A DNA stretch of 64,000 nucleotides. Origin: Parcubacteria group bacterium (lineage in GTDB: Bacteria; Patescibacteriota; Minisyncoccia; Moranbacterales; UBA11712). Every line of letters begins with the position of its first letter. Position 1 is the first letter of the stretch. The DNA lies in contig JBAZXV010000001.1 in NCBI GenBank assembly GCA_041659685.1, forward strand, positions 24,226 to 88,225, read 5' to 3'. A program made the translations under genes and the position numbers. Positions 38,973-48,372 of the stretch are shown piece after piece. The notes under the pieces were generated by a model. That model searched no databases. It was not told the origin of the DNA and saw only the letters and a list, made by a program, of their open reading frames with translations.

Positions 38973-39701
38973 ATGAAAAACGGACAAATATCCGTAGTGG
39001 TTCCTTGTTTTAACGAAGAAGAAACTATTTATCGGAACATAAAAAGAATTGCCGATTATCTGAATTCGAAATTTGATGATTTCGAGATAATTGCCGTGAA
39101 CGACGGCAGTACGGACGGCACGATCAAAAAACTCAGGGAAATAGAAAAAGAATTGCCGATCCGGATTATAGATAACGGGGAAAACAAGGGGAAGGGAAAA
39201 GTTGTTCGAGACGGCATAGCAGCCAGTCAAAAAGAAATTGTTATGTTTCTGGACGCCGATCTCGGGATCCCCATTGAAGAGCTGGAAAAATTTGTGGCTG
39301 AGATCGATAACGGTTTCGATATGGTTATAGCTTCAAGATTTGTTCCGGGGCTGAAAGTTATCCGGCCGGTCCGTCTGCATAGAAGAGCAATGGAAAAAAT
39401 TTTCAGGATTATGAGGATGGCCATCATTAACGACTGGCAGGTAAAAGACACTCAATGCGGATTCAAGGTGTTCCGCCGGGAAACGGCGCTGAATATTTTT
39501 CCGAGGCTCAAAGTGGAACGGTTCGCCTTTGACGCCGAAGTGATATTCGTTGCCAACAAATTCGGCCACAGGATCAAGGAATTGCCCATTTCTCTCCAAA
39601 ATCCCCCCAATAGCCACGTGCGTTTTTTCAGGGATCCGATAAACATGACGCTGGATCTTTTGAAAATAAGGATAAACGATTGGAAGGGGAAATATAATTA
39701 G
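38973..39701 (+). CDS. GT2 polyprenol-phosphate glycosyltransferase, soluble Dpm1-like
   Basis: 'ISVVVPCFNEEETI', 'IIAVNDGSTDGT', 'FLDADLGIP', 'DTQCGFKVFRRE', 'FAFDAEV'. Confidence 0.8.
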   Translation: MKNGQISVVVPCFNEEETIYRNIKRIADYLNSKFDDFEIIAVNDGSTDGTIKKLREIEKELPIRIIDNGENKGKGKVVRDGIAASQKEIVMFLDADLGIPIEELEKFVAEIDNGFDMVIASRFVPGLKVIRPVRLHRRAMEKIFRIMRMAIINDWQVKDTQCGFKVFRRETALNIFPRLKVERFAFDAEVIFVANKFGHRIKELPISLQNPPNSHVRFFRDPINMTLDLLKIRINDWKGKYN

Positions 39702-39744
39702 AATTTCCAATTCCCAATTTTCAATGTACAATGAATTTTAATGC

Positions 39745-42081
39745 ATGATTAATTGTCAATTATTCCGCCAAGCAATGTTTAATTTGAGGAAAGAAAAATT
39801 ATATATAATATTATTCTACGCCGTACTGACGATAGTTCTTACCTGGCCTTTTGCTTCACGTTTCTTTTCATCGGTTCCAAGTCTCGGTTCGGACACGATG
39901 CAGGTTATCGGAGTGGCGGGGGAAAGGGCAAATGTCATCAAGGACCTTGGTTTTTGGAAAGGCACATTCGAACTGCTGAAGCGTTCGGAATTCAACGTCG
40001 TCACGCTTTATTCTTATTTTGAGCTTATTTTCGGCCGTATAGCCGGTTATAATCTGCTTTTTTTCGCCTCTTTTGTCCTTTCCGGATTCGGAATGTATCT
40101 TTTGGCTTTTTATTTTACGAAAAACAAGCCGGCATCACTTATTGCCGGAATTATTTTCGCCTTTTCTCCGTTCCACGTGCATAATTCCTTGAGCACGAAT
40201 GTCGGGACGATGCATCAGGAATGGCTGCCTTTTTTTGCGCTGTACCTTTTTAAATTTTTTGATTCCGCGAAAGGAAGCGATAGCGGCTCGAAAGAAACAG
40301 ATAATAGCCTCCCCGGCGGCCAAGCTCTCCCCGGCGGAAATGGCAGTTTGAGGCTCAAAAACTTCCTGCTGGCAGGCTTGTTTTTGGGACTCATCGCTTT
40401 CACCGAGCATCAGCTCCTTGCCTTCACTTTGATCTTTATTTTATTTTTTCTTGTTTATAAGATTTTTACGCAACCGAAAATATTCATTAAAGGAAAACTA
40501 TGGCTCTATGTGATTGTGAGCGTTGCGATTCTTTCGGCGGTGTCCTTTCTTATGTTCCGTTCGCTTTTTGAAATCGCCTTTTCAGGAAATAATTATCTCG
40601 ATCCGGGATTCAAGGCGGCGGTCAAATACTCAAATGACGCGCTGGCAATTATTATTCCCCCCAGTTTTCATTCCTTTTGGCCGGATGCCTTTTCTCACAT
40701 CCGGGAAACTTTCAGGAGGCGAACCGACAGCTCATTTTCAATCTATGCCGGATTTTCGGTGCTTTTGTTGTCCATCCTTGGCATGGCGGGAATGCGATCC
40801 CTTCGAAAGCGTCGGATTCCAACGAGGGGGATATGGTTTTGGTTTGCAACGGCACTCGGTTTTTATATCCTTTCGCTTGGGCCGCATCTCAACTATATGG
40901 GGGAAATCAATCCGCCGGTTAAGATGCCGTATCTTCTTGCCTATAACTATCTTCCGTTCTTCAATAATATCCGGACAGTGGGGAGGCTGTTTATATATTC
41001 GATACTCTCGTTTTCAATCCTTGCGGCATGGGGAAGCGCGTATCTGATTTCAAAAGCCTCGCCTAAAAATGAAGAGGAGAAGGAAAAATTGGCGAAGGAT
41101 GATAACGCAAAAGAAAGGCGAACTGATCTTTTTGGCGTCAATCTCAAGCAACAAATCATTGTGTCTTTGATCAGCCTCGTTGTTATTGTCGAGTATCTTG
41201 CCGTCCCATTCAAGACGAATACCCTTTTGCACTCGTCTTTTTACGATAAATTGGGGCAGGACAAGGAGAATTACAGCGTCCTTGAAATTCCGGGAAGCAC
41301 GAATTATGATTTTGCTTCGCGCGATCTGGTCTGGAAGAGCATTCACAGGAAAAATACGGTCAACAGCTATGACTTTGCCCGGGAAATCGACGAAAACGAC
41401 GTCTTTCAAAAAGGGACTCCCATCGTACGGACTCTTCTGTATGATATTTCCAATGAGGACAGCGGAAACGACCGTGACATTATGAAAAATTCGTACTATA
41501 ACATTTCAAGCGAAATATTAAATTACTACAGCATTCGCTACGTGATTCTCGACAAGGAGGGCCTTAAGGGCAATCCGGAAAAGGGCGATCTGAATATGCT
41601 TTATCCCGCCAAAGCCTATATAAGCAATGTGATAAAATGCGCTGATGAATATGAAGATGAATATCTTTATGCCTGCCGGATTGATCAAACCGACGTTCCC
41701 GATCACATGTTTCTCGCGATGGATTACAGCAACAAGCATTGGGTTGGGAAAAGCAAATCTAAAAACGGAATTCAAAGATGGGCGGAAAACGGGGCCGGAG
41801 TAAAACTTGTCAACATGACGAATCAAATTCAAAGCAGCAAGCTTAATTTTGATGCGAAAATATCAAAGCCGCTTCGGCTCAAAGTGTTTTTTAACGGAGC
41901 GGAGATATATAATCAGTACCTGACGTATCTTGGAAAAAAGCAAACGATTTCCGCAGATCTTCCAAGCATCAATCCGGGAGAAAACGATGTCACTTTTGGC
42001 GTTTATGCGGCTGACGGGACCGAGATTAAAACGGATAAAAAATCAGACTCCGTGGTTATTTATCAGGTGGAAGTAGAATAG
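39745..42081 (+). CDS. large polytopic membrane protein (778 aa) with extracytoplasmic C-terminal domain; possibly YfhO/GT-C-like, family uncertain
   Basis: About 10 TM in the first ~450 aa, then a soluble ~330-aa tail. No diagnostic motif recognised. Confidence 0.5.
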   Translation: MINCQLFRQAMFNLRKEKLYIILFYAVLTIVLTWPFASRFFSSVPSLGSDTMQVIGVAGERANVIKDLGFWKGTFELLKRSEFNVVTLYSYFELIFGRIAGYNLLFFASFVLSGFGMYLLAFYFTKNKPASLIAGIIFAFSPFHVHNSLSTNVGTMHQEWLPFFALYLFKFFDSAKGSDSGSKETDNSLPGGQALPGGNGSLRLKNFLLAGLFLGLIAFTEHQLLAFTLIFILFFLVYKIFTQPKIFIKGKLWLYVIVSVAILSAVSFLMFRSLFEIAFSGNNYLDPGFKAAVKYSNDALAIIIPPSFHSFWPDAFSHIRETFRRRTDSSFSIYAGFSVLLLSILGMAGMRSLRKRRIPTRGIWFWFATALGFYILSLGPHLNYMGEINPPVKMPYLLAYNYLPFFNNIRTVGRLFIYSILSFSILAAWGSAYLISKASPKNEEEKEKLAKDDNAKERRTDLFGVNLKQQIIVSLISLVVIVEYLAVPFKTNTLLHSSFYDKLGQDKENYSVLEIPGSTNYDFASRDLVWKSIHRKNTVNSYDFAREIDENDVFQKGTPIVRTLLYDISNEDSGNDRDIMKNSYYNISSEILNYYSIRYVILDKEGLKGNPEKGDLNMLYPAKAYISNVIKCADEYEDEYLYACRIDQTDVPDHMFLAMDYSNKHWVGKSKSKNGIQRWAENGAGVKLVNMTNQIQSSKLNFDAKISKPLRLKVFFNGAEIYNQYLTYLGKKQTISADLPSINPGENDVTFGVYAADGTEIKTDKKSDSVVIYQVEVE

Positions 42082-42126
42082 GCAGAACTCATTTTCTTTG
42101 GGATTTCATTTCCCCCGGTGTTAGAT

Positions 42127-42169
42127 CAGGCGCGATTTGGCGAAAATGCTTTTGGCGTTTTTTTTTGTT
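42127..42169 (+). terminator. weak hairpin followed by T9 tract, putative terminator of 39745..42081
   Basis: 'ggcgaaaatgcttttggcg' imperfect stem then 'ttttttttt'. Confidence 0.35.
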
Positions 42170-42197
42170 TGCCGGAAACATTCGAAATTGGTATAAT
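42169..42197 (+). promoter_or_regulatory. sigma-70-like promoter TTGCCG-N17-TATAAT placed for a leaderless ligT transcript
   Basis: -35 'ttgccg' 42169-42174; 17-nt spacer; -10 'tataat' 42192-42197. The ATG at 42204 lies 7 nt downstream of the -10, at the expected transcription start site. Confidence 0.45.
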
Positions 42198-42203
42198 GTG
42201 ATT

Positions 42204-42758
42204 ATGCAAAAACGCTTATTTCTTGGCATTTCTGTTCCGGAGAACGTAAAAAAGCGACTTTTTAGGCTGGTTGAAAATAAATTTCAGAGCTTGCCGGTAA
42301 AATGGGCGCGGCCTGAAAATATGCATATTACCTTAAGTTTTCTGGGGCATATTCAGGAAGAAAACATTCCGGCAATATGCGACTCAATAAGGGAATCTCT
42401 GGGAAATATCGGCGTGTTCGAGTTGGATTTTGAGAAAATTGAATATGGACCCGGCCAAGATTCCAAGAGGATGATATGGGCAACCGGAAAGCGGAGCGAG
42501 GAGTTGGAAGAGTTGAAATTCCGCCTGGAATCTGCTTTGGGCGATCTCAGGAAAGAAAAGAAAAAATTCACACCTCACATAACCCTGGGGAGAATAAGAA
42601 GAGGCGAGTGGCTGAGACTGGAAAAGGAGCCGGATATTTTTGAAGAATATAAATTTAATGTTCCAGTTTCATCGGTTGAGCTTCTCGAAAGTAAATCTGA
42701 AAAAGGGAAACGGGTTTATTACACTCTCGAATCATTTCCGCTAAACATTAAAAATTGA
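42204..42758 (+). CDS. 2H phosphoesterase (LigT/ThpR-like, 2'-5' RNA ligase family)
   Basis: Two H-x-T/S-x motifs 'HITLSFLG' and 'HITLGRI' at the expected spacing; 184 aa from ATG at 42204 (track starts at an upstream ATG, 42165). Confidence 0.75.
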   Translation: MQKRLFLGISVPENVKKRLFRLVENKFQSLPVKWARPENMHITLSFLGHIQEENIPAICDSIRESLGNIGVFELDFEKIEYGPGQDSKRMIWATGKRSEELEELKFRLESALGDLRKEKKKFTPHITLGRIRRGEWLRLEKEPDIFEEYKFNVPVSSVELLESKSEKGKRVYYTLESFPLNIKN

Positions 42759-43501
42759 TGGAAGCGAACTGCGGAAAAAATAAACATAGTCCTAAAGTTC
42801 TGGGCATTAAATTGAATAATCTCTCCGGAGAGGAAATCAACCGGTGGCTCTGTGATATTCTGAGCGGTCCGCCCCGGCAAAAATTTGTCGTAACGCTTAA
42901 TCCGGAAATAATTCTCGAAGGGCGCCGAGATGAGGTTTACGGAAATATTTTGAATAATGCCGATCTCTGCGTATGTGACGGCATAGGCGTAAAATTAATT
43001 TCTCTCCTTAAAGGAGTGAAAGTGAAGGCCAGAAAGACGGGAGTCGAAATAACTGAATTCTTGCTGGCTGCCGCCAAAAAAGAGGGCAGGAGCGTGCTGA
43101 TTATTGCCAAGAAGAACGGCTTGAGCGATCCGGAAGAGATAAGGAAAGCGGTGGAGGAGAGGTATGGTGTCAGAGCGGAAGCTGCCTGCTTTGATGACAA
43201 TTTGCTAAACAGCCAAAAAGCGAAAAATTCGGAAATAATCCTTGTTAATTTTGGCGCGCCCCAGCAGGAAAAATTTATTATCAAATACCGCTCAAATTTT
43301 CCAAACGCCAAAATCCTTGTCGGAGTGGGTGGAGCGATCGATTTTTTGACCGGGAAAACGGTACGGGCGCCGCACTGGATGAGAAAGGCGGGACTTGAGT
43401 GGTTTTGGAGATTTATGAAGCAGCCAAGGAGGATAAAGAGGATTGCGAGCGCCGTTCTGGTGTTTCCAGCAAAGGCATTAATCAATTTCAGAGAAAAATA
43501 A
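42758..43501 (+). CDS. WecB/TagA/CpsF-family (GT26) glycosyltransferase
   Basis: 'NFGAPQQEKFI', 'VGVGGAIDFLTGKTVRAPHWMRKAGLEWFWRFMKQPRRIKR' are GT26 hallmarks. ATG overlaps the ligT stop (TGATG). Confidence 0.8.
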   Translation: MEANCGKNKHSPKVLGIKLNNLSGEEINRWLCDILSGPPRQKFVVTLNPEIILEGRRDEVYGNILNNADLCVCDGIGVKLISLLKGVKVKARKTGVEITEFLLAAAKKEGRSVLIIAKKNGLSDPEEIRKAVEERYGVRAEAACFDDNLLNSQKAKNSEIILVNFGAPQQEKFIIKYRSNFPNAKILVGVGGAIDFLTGKTVRAPHWMRKAGLEWFWRFMKQPRRIKRIASAVLVFPAKALINFREK

Positions 43502-43504
43502 TCG

Positions 43505-44254
43505 ATGGTAAAAATACTGCTTAATAAAAGAGTTCTTCTTCTTGCGGCTTCTCTGTTTTTCGGATTATTGGTGGTTTGGACGGGAGCGTTTTTGGGTTGG
43601 TCTCCTTTTTCGGCCAACCTAACATTTGTTGTTTTGCTTATTTTTTTTCTGGGAATTATGGTCTCGAGCCAGCAATATGAAGAGGATGCAATATCGAAGG
43701 TCGAAAGAATAATCAGCTCTTTCCTTTTTTCATATATTTTATTTTTTCGTTTGCTTTACGCTCCTTTGAGCAAATTCTTCTTCGGGTATCTCATAAGAGA
43801 AACATCATTTCTGGCGGACACACTGGCTCTTATTTTGTTTCTCTTGTTCTTTTTTCTTTTCGGGACGGCTTTTTTGGTGCTCAACAGCTATTCGCGCCTT
43901 GGATTTTTGGGTCATTGGAAATTTTTCAATAATCCGGCCGCTTTTTTTATTCTCAGATTTTTCTTTGTGGCTTTTTTGGGAATATTTGCTATGATTTATA
44001 TAAGAAATTCATTTTTTTCACTCAAAAATTCATATTATATAAACAAAATTATCCCTCCATCGACTTGCGGCTGGACCTATAGCCGCTTCTCCGGCGTTTT
44101 GTCGCTGGATCGCAGTGTCAGCGGCGAAAATATCTGCCTCCTTCTTTTTGCGAAGGATCGGAATGATCTGAAATATTGCAGTCTCATCCTGGATGAAGAA
44201 GTGAAAAGCAAATGCATTGAAAATGTTTCTTCGGGATCAAAAAAAACGGACTAG
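43505..44254 (+). CDS. hypothetical polytopic membrane protein
   Basis: 249 aa, about 6 TM, Cys-containing C-terminal tail; no motif recognised. Confidence 0.5.
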   Translation: MVKILLNKRVLLLAASLFFGLLVVWTGAFLGWSPFSANLTFVVLLIFFLGIMVSSQQYEEDAISKVERIISSFLFSYILFFRLLYAPLSKFFFGYLIRETSFLADTLALILFLLFFFLFGTAFLVLNSYSRLGFLGHWKFFNNPAAFFILRFFFVAFLGIFAMIYIRNSFFSLKNSYYINKIIPPSTCGWTYSRFSGVLSLDRSVSGENICLLLFAKDRNDLKYCSLILDEEVKSKCIENVSSGSKKTD

Positions 44255-44305
44255 GGGATAAAAATCTAATTATGTTCAGGCAAGGAGTAAATACTAATTT
44301 ATTTT

Positions 44306-45778
44306 ATGGAAAAACAAGAACGGGTGCGTTTCGCACCGAGTCCGACAGGGTATCTGCATATCGGAGGGCTCAGGACAGCGCTTTATAATTTTCTCTATGC
44401 CCGCAAAAGACAGGGAATATTTTTTCTCAGGATCGAGGATACCGATCAAAAAAGAATCATTGAAGGCGCTGTGCCTAAATTGATCGACTCTCTTGCTTGG
44501 GCGAATATTCTGCCGGAAGAAGGCGTCGTTTCCTGCGAGAATGGAGAGATGATTGAAAAGGGGAATTACGGTCCATATGTCCAGTCAAAAAGGCTCGATA
44601 TTTATAAAAAATATGCCCATGAGCTGGTTGAGAGAGGCAAGGCTTATTATTGCTTTTGTTCGCCGGAAAGACTTGAAAATCTCAGAAAGAAACAGGAGGA
44701 GGAAAAAATTGCGCCGGCTTACGATAAATGCTGTCTCAGGGAAGTTTCTCCGGAGGAAGCCAAAAAAAGAATTCAGAACGGAGAAAAATACGTCATCCGT
44801 TTCGATGTCCCTGAAACGGGGGAGACGGAGTTTGAAGACATTGTCCGGGGCAGAGTTAAATTTGCCAACAAAAACATTGACGATCCCGTGATTTTGAAAT
44901 CGGACGGATATCCGACCTATCACCTGGCGCATGTCGTTGACGATTTTCTTATGAAAACAACCGTTGTTTTTCGGGGCGAAGAGTGGCTTCCTAGCGCTCC
45001 CAAGCATATTCTCATGTTCAAAGCTTTCGGATGGGATCCGCCAAAGTATGCCCATCTTTGCACAATACTCAATAAAACCAGCAAAAAAAAGCTTTCCAAA
45101 AGGGACGGAGATGTCAGTGTTGAGGATTTCAGGAAGAAGGGATATCTTCCGGAAGCCGTAATCAACTTCATTGCGCTTCTGGGATGGAATCCTAAAACAG
45201 AGCAGGAAATGTTTACCCTCGAGCAACTGGCTGAGCAATTTGACGAAAAGAAGCTCAATAGGGCCGGCGCTATTTTTGATACGGAAAAACTCGACTGGAT
45301 GAACGGAATTTATATCAGAAAAAAGAGTGTTGACGAACTCATGGAGCTTTGCCGGCCCTATCTGGAAAAATATATAATAGACGATGATTATCTCAAAAAA
45401 ATCGTCACTGTGGAACAGGAAAGGATGAAGACGCTTTCGGATATCGAGAATATGGCGGAGGTGTATTTGGAAACTCCGGACTATAAAAAAGAACTGCTGC
45501 TCTGGAAAAAAATGAGCGGAAAAGAATTGCTTTCTTCCCTTCAAAAATCTTCTGAACTGATAGGCGGCATTGAAAAAGGGGAGTGGGAGATTGAAAAAAT
45601 AAAAGACAAGCTTATGGAGGCGGCTGATCAAAAAAACAGAGGGGCGCTTCTTTGGCCTCTTCGTGTTGCACTTACCGGAAAGGAAAAAAGCTCTTCTCCG
45701 TTTGAAGTTGCTTGGGTATTGGGAAGAGAAGAGAGTGTCAAAAGAATTAATCAGGCAATAACTCTAATAAACGACTGA
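44306..45778 (+). CDS. gltX: glutamyl-tRNA synthetase
   Basis: 'RFAPSPTGYLHIGGLRTALYNF' (HIGH), 'KLSKRDG' (KMSKS-like), class-I catalytic core; 490 aa. Confidence 0.9.
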   Translation: MEKQERVRFAPSPTGYLHIGGLRTALYNFLYARKRQGIFFLRIEDTDQKRIIEGAVPKLIDSLAWANILPEEGVVSCENGEMIEKGNYGPYVQSKRLDIYKKYAHELVERGKAYYCFCSPERLENLRKKQEEEKIAPAYDKCCLREVSPEEAKKRIQNGEKYVIRFDVPETGETEFEDIVRGRVKFANKNIDDPVILKSDGYPTYHLAHVVDDFLMKTTVVFRGEEWLPSAPKHILMFKAFGWDPPKYAHLCTILNKTSKKKLSKRDGDVSVEDFRKKGYLPEAVINFIALLGWNPKTEQEMFTLEQLAEQFDEKKLNRAGAIFDTEKLDWMNGIYIRKKSVDELMELCRPYLEKYIIDDDYLKKIVTVEQERMKTLSDIENMAEVYLETPDYKKELLLWKKMSGKELLSSLQKSSELIGGIEKGEWEIEKIKDKLMEAADQKNRGALLWPLRVALTGKEKSSSPFEVAWVLGREESVKRINQAITLIND

Positions 45779-45784
45779 TTGGTG

Positions 45785-47176
45785 ATGATTAAAATAAAGT
45801 CGAAAACAAAAAATATGTCCGAAATGATTCGTGTTATACCGAAAAAGATTGGCCAAAAATCAACAATTTTTCGTTACCGCGCGACGGCCATTCTTTATAT
45901 TTTCTTAATATTAACGCTGCTGTATTATTATAAGCAGGATGTATTTGCCCAGAGCGCCGCGACCGCTACGGATAACTCTAATCAGCAGATCATCGAGGAC
46001 AAGCAGGATCAGATTGAGGATCTCCAGAAAAAGGCGGAAAATTATCGCCAGATGATCGAGATGAAGCAGGACAAGGCCCAGACCCTTGAAAACCAGCTGA
46101 AGCTTATGGAAGGAGAAATATCATCGCTGGAAAATGACATCAGCGGTCTTCAAAAAGAAATCGATCAGACATCGAGCGATATCGATCAGCTAAATGATCA
46201 GATAAAGAGCAAAGAGGAGGATATCAGCCAAAAAAAGAAAGTTTTATCCGGCATTATTCAAAACTACTATGAAAACAGCCAGGGATCGCTGACGGATTTT
46301 ATGCTGAGAGGAACAAATCTTTCTGATTTTTTGAGCCAGCCGGATTATATTTCGCAGACAGGAACAAAGGTTGACGAAGTTCTTACGTCGGTCACTTCAG
46401 CCCGGGACGAGCTGGAAGGCGACAAAAAAAGCCTTGAAATAAAAAATAACAAGCAGAAAGAAAATCAAGGCAAGGTTCTTGAGAAAAAAAGATATTTGGA
46501 CGGCGAGCAAGATTCAAAGCAGCAGCTTTTGGAGCAGACGAACGGGGAAGAGGAAAAATATCAGCAGCTTCTGGCCAGAGTGGAAGAACAGAAACAGGAG
46601 CTTCTTGGCGACATTTCATCCCTCAGCGAAGAGAAAAGTTCTGACCTTGCCGCAGTTGAAGCGACAATTGAAAAGCCGAAATCAGGACTTGCATCCACCA
46701 GCTGGTATTTCTCACAGCGTGATTCGCGCTGGGGAAACCAGCATATCGGCCTTTCGAACACACTCATGAAAAATTACGGTTGCGCCGTTACTGCAGTCGC
46801 GATGGTGCTTCGCTATCATGGAGCAGATATTGATCCGGGGTCCCTTGCTCAGCAGCAGATTTTTTCACACGATCTTATCGTTTGGCCAAAGCAATGGAAA
46901 GGAATTGAGCTTGCTTCCTCCACGGGCCATGGAAACATCGACTGGGATGTCGTGGACCGGGAACTAAAAAATAAAAATCCGGTCATAGTTTTTGTGAAAT
47001 CCACCAAAAGGGGAGCGGGGCATTATGTTGTTGTCCACGGGAAAGACAAAAACGGAGACTATATCGTTCACGACCCTTATTGGGGAAGCAATCTTTTCCT
47101 AAGTTCGACAAAGGCGTATGTTGGCGCTTTGTACGGAAGCGGAACGGTAGTAGATCAGATGATAATTTATCATTAA
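45785..47176 (+). CDS. membrane-anchored coiled-coil protein with C-terminal C39-like/CHAP-like cysteine peptidase domain (PcsB/CwlO-like architecture)
   Basis: N-terminal TM 'AILYIFLILTLLYYY'; ~250 aa of Q/E/K-rich heptads; C-terminal 'NYGCAVTAVAMVLRYHG' resembles the Peptidase_C39_2 catalytic Cys block, followed by 'HYVVVHG' with His. Track start is TTG 45779; ATG at 45785. Confidence 0.55.
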   Translation: MIKIKSKTKNMSEMIRVIPKKIGQKSTIFRYRATAILYIFLILTLLYYYKQDVFAQSAATATDNSNQQIIEDKQDQIEDLQKKAENYRQMIEMKQDKAQTLENQLKLMEGEISSLENDISGLQKEIDQTSSDIDQLNDQIKSKEEDISQKKKVLSGIIQNYYENSQGSLTDFMLRGTNLSDFLSQPDYISQTGTKVDEVLTSVTSARDELEGDKKSLEIKNNKQKENQGKVLEKKRYLDGEQDSKQQLLEQTNGEEEKYQQLLARVEEQKQELLGDISSLSEEKSSDLAAVEATIEKPKSGLASTSWYFSQRDSRWGNQHIGLSNTLMKNYGCAVTAVAMVLRYHGADIDPGSLAQQQIFSHDLIVWPKQWKGIELASSTGHGNIDWDVVDRELKNKNPVIVFVKSTKRGAGHYVVVHGKDKNGDYIVHDPYWGSNLFLSSTKAYVGALYGSGTVVDQMIIYH

Positions 47177-47195
47177 TTTTGGAGAAATAATTATC

Positions 47196-47750
47196 GTGAA
47201 AAAAATATATAAAATTTTGTCGAGCAAAAATATTTACATCAACCCGTGGATAAAAGTCAGAGAGGACAAAGTTATTCAGCCGGGAGGAAAGGAAGGAATT
47301 TTTGGGGTTGTGGAAATGAAAGCCGGCTCGACTGTTTTGGCTCTGAATTCGAAAAACGAAGCTTATCTTATCAAAGAATATAAATATGCAATCGAAAGAG
47401 AATCGATTGAGCTGGTGAGCGGAGGCCTTGATGGAAACGAGACCGCTCTTGATGCCGCAAAGCGCGAGCTCAAAGAGGAAACCGGCATAGACGCCGGGAG
47501 ATGGATTGATCTGGGCGTTGTCGACCCGTTTACCACCGTCATTAAATCTCCCAATCATATGTTTCTTGCGCTGGACATAAAAGAAGGGAGGCAATTTTTG
47601 GAAGAAGGAGAAAGATTGAAAGTGATGAAGCATCCCTTTGAAGAAGTGATCAGAATGGTTATGGACAGCGAAATCACTCATTCCGCGAGCTGTGCGTGCA
47701 TTCTGAAAGCTGCAAGGTATCTGGAGGAGAATGGCCATAATGTCGCATAA
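47196..47750 (+). CDS. NUDIX hydrolase
   Basis: Nudix box 'GGLDGNETALDAAKRELKEETGI'; GTG start with GGAG 13 nt upstream. Confidence 0.8.
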   Translation: MKKIYKILSSKNIYINPWIKVREDKVIQPGGKEGIFGVVEMKAGSTVLALNSKNEAYLIKEYKYAIERESIELVSGGLDGNETALDAAKRELKEETGIDAGRWIDLGVVDPFTTVIKSPNHMFLALDIKEGRQFLEEGERLKVMKHPFEEVIRMVMDSEITHSASCACILKAARYLEENGHNVA

Positions 47751-47855
47751 GGTACATTGTGCGACATAGTATATCAATCCGGAACCCTGCTTCCCCGCCG
47801 TTATATTCAGGAAAGATAAATATCTAAAAAATAAAAAATATTTATTTTTGAAAAG

Positions 47856-47890
47856 AAAGCCCCCGCTCCATCCCGCGGGGGTTCAGTCTT
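47856..47890. terminator. GC-rich hairpin with T-tracts on both strands between convergent NUDIX and iscU
   Basis: 'agcccccgc tccatcc gcgggggtt' then 'cagtcttttct'; the reverse strand has an 'ttttcaaaaataaatatttttt' tail. Confidence 0.5.
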
Positions 47891-47915
47891 TTCTGAGGCG
47901 TATATATAGAAGTTA

Positions 47916-48338
47916 TTATTTTTCTCTTTTCTTTAATGCAACTGTTTTTTTGGTTTCTTCCGGGCTCTTGCCCCTATAATCTTCAATCGCCCTTTTCAAG
48001 GCGTCGGCTGCAAGGTTCGAACAATGCATTTTGAGCGGCGGAAGCCCTTCGAGATTTTCGGCGATGTCTCCGCGGGAAATTTTTCGCGCCGCTTCCAAAT
48101 CTCTGCCTTTGGCAAGCTGGGTAACCATTGAAGATGTTGCGATCGCGGCGGCGCATCCCAATGTCTCAAATTTGATGTCGGAAATAATTTCAGCGCCCTT
48201 AACTTTTTTCACTTTAATATAAACAGTCATTATATCGCCGCAGGAGGGGTTTCCAACGGTACCGACTCCGTCTGGATTATTTAGCCGGCCTTGATTTTTT
48301 GGATTTGTAAAATGTTGCATTACTAACTTTGAATACAT
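47916..48338 (-). CDS. iscU: Fe-S cluster scaffold (IscU/NifU N-terminal domain)
   Basis: ATG re-set to 'MYSKLVMQHFTNPKNQG'; 'GNPSCGDIM', 'ETLGCAAAIATSS', 'HCSNLAADAL' = three conserved Cys regions. Confidence 0.85.
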   Translation of the reverse strand: MYSKLVMQHFTNPKNQGRLNNPDGVGTVGNPSCGDIMTVYIKVKKVKGAEIISDIKFETLGCAAAIATSSMVTQLAKGRDLEAARKISRGDIAENLEGLPPLKMHCSNLAADALKRAIEDYRGKSPEETKKTVALKKREK

Positions 48339-48372
48339 AATTTTATAAAAATTGTAAATTGTAAGAGACAGC

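Noticed and set aside
42937-43617. 226-aa ORF antisense to the GT26 gene
   Set aside because: It overlaps a confidently assigned WecB/TagA CDS and has no motifs.
44585-45631. 348-aa ORF antisense to gltX
   Set aside because: It lies entirely inside the well-conserved glutamyl-tRNA synthetase gene. Its translation is low-complexity and hydrophobic, an AT-rich antisense artifact.
47856-47890. Possible tRNA ('gggggttcagtc' resembles a T-loop)
   Set aside because: It is only a single GC hairpin with no acceptor, D or anticodon arms. Better explained as a terminator between convergent genes.
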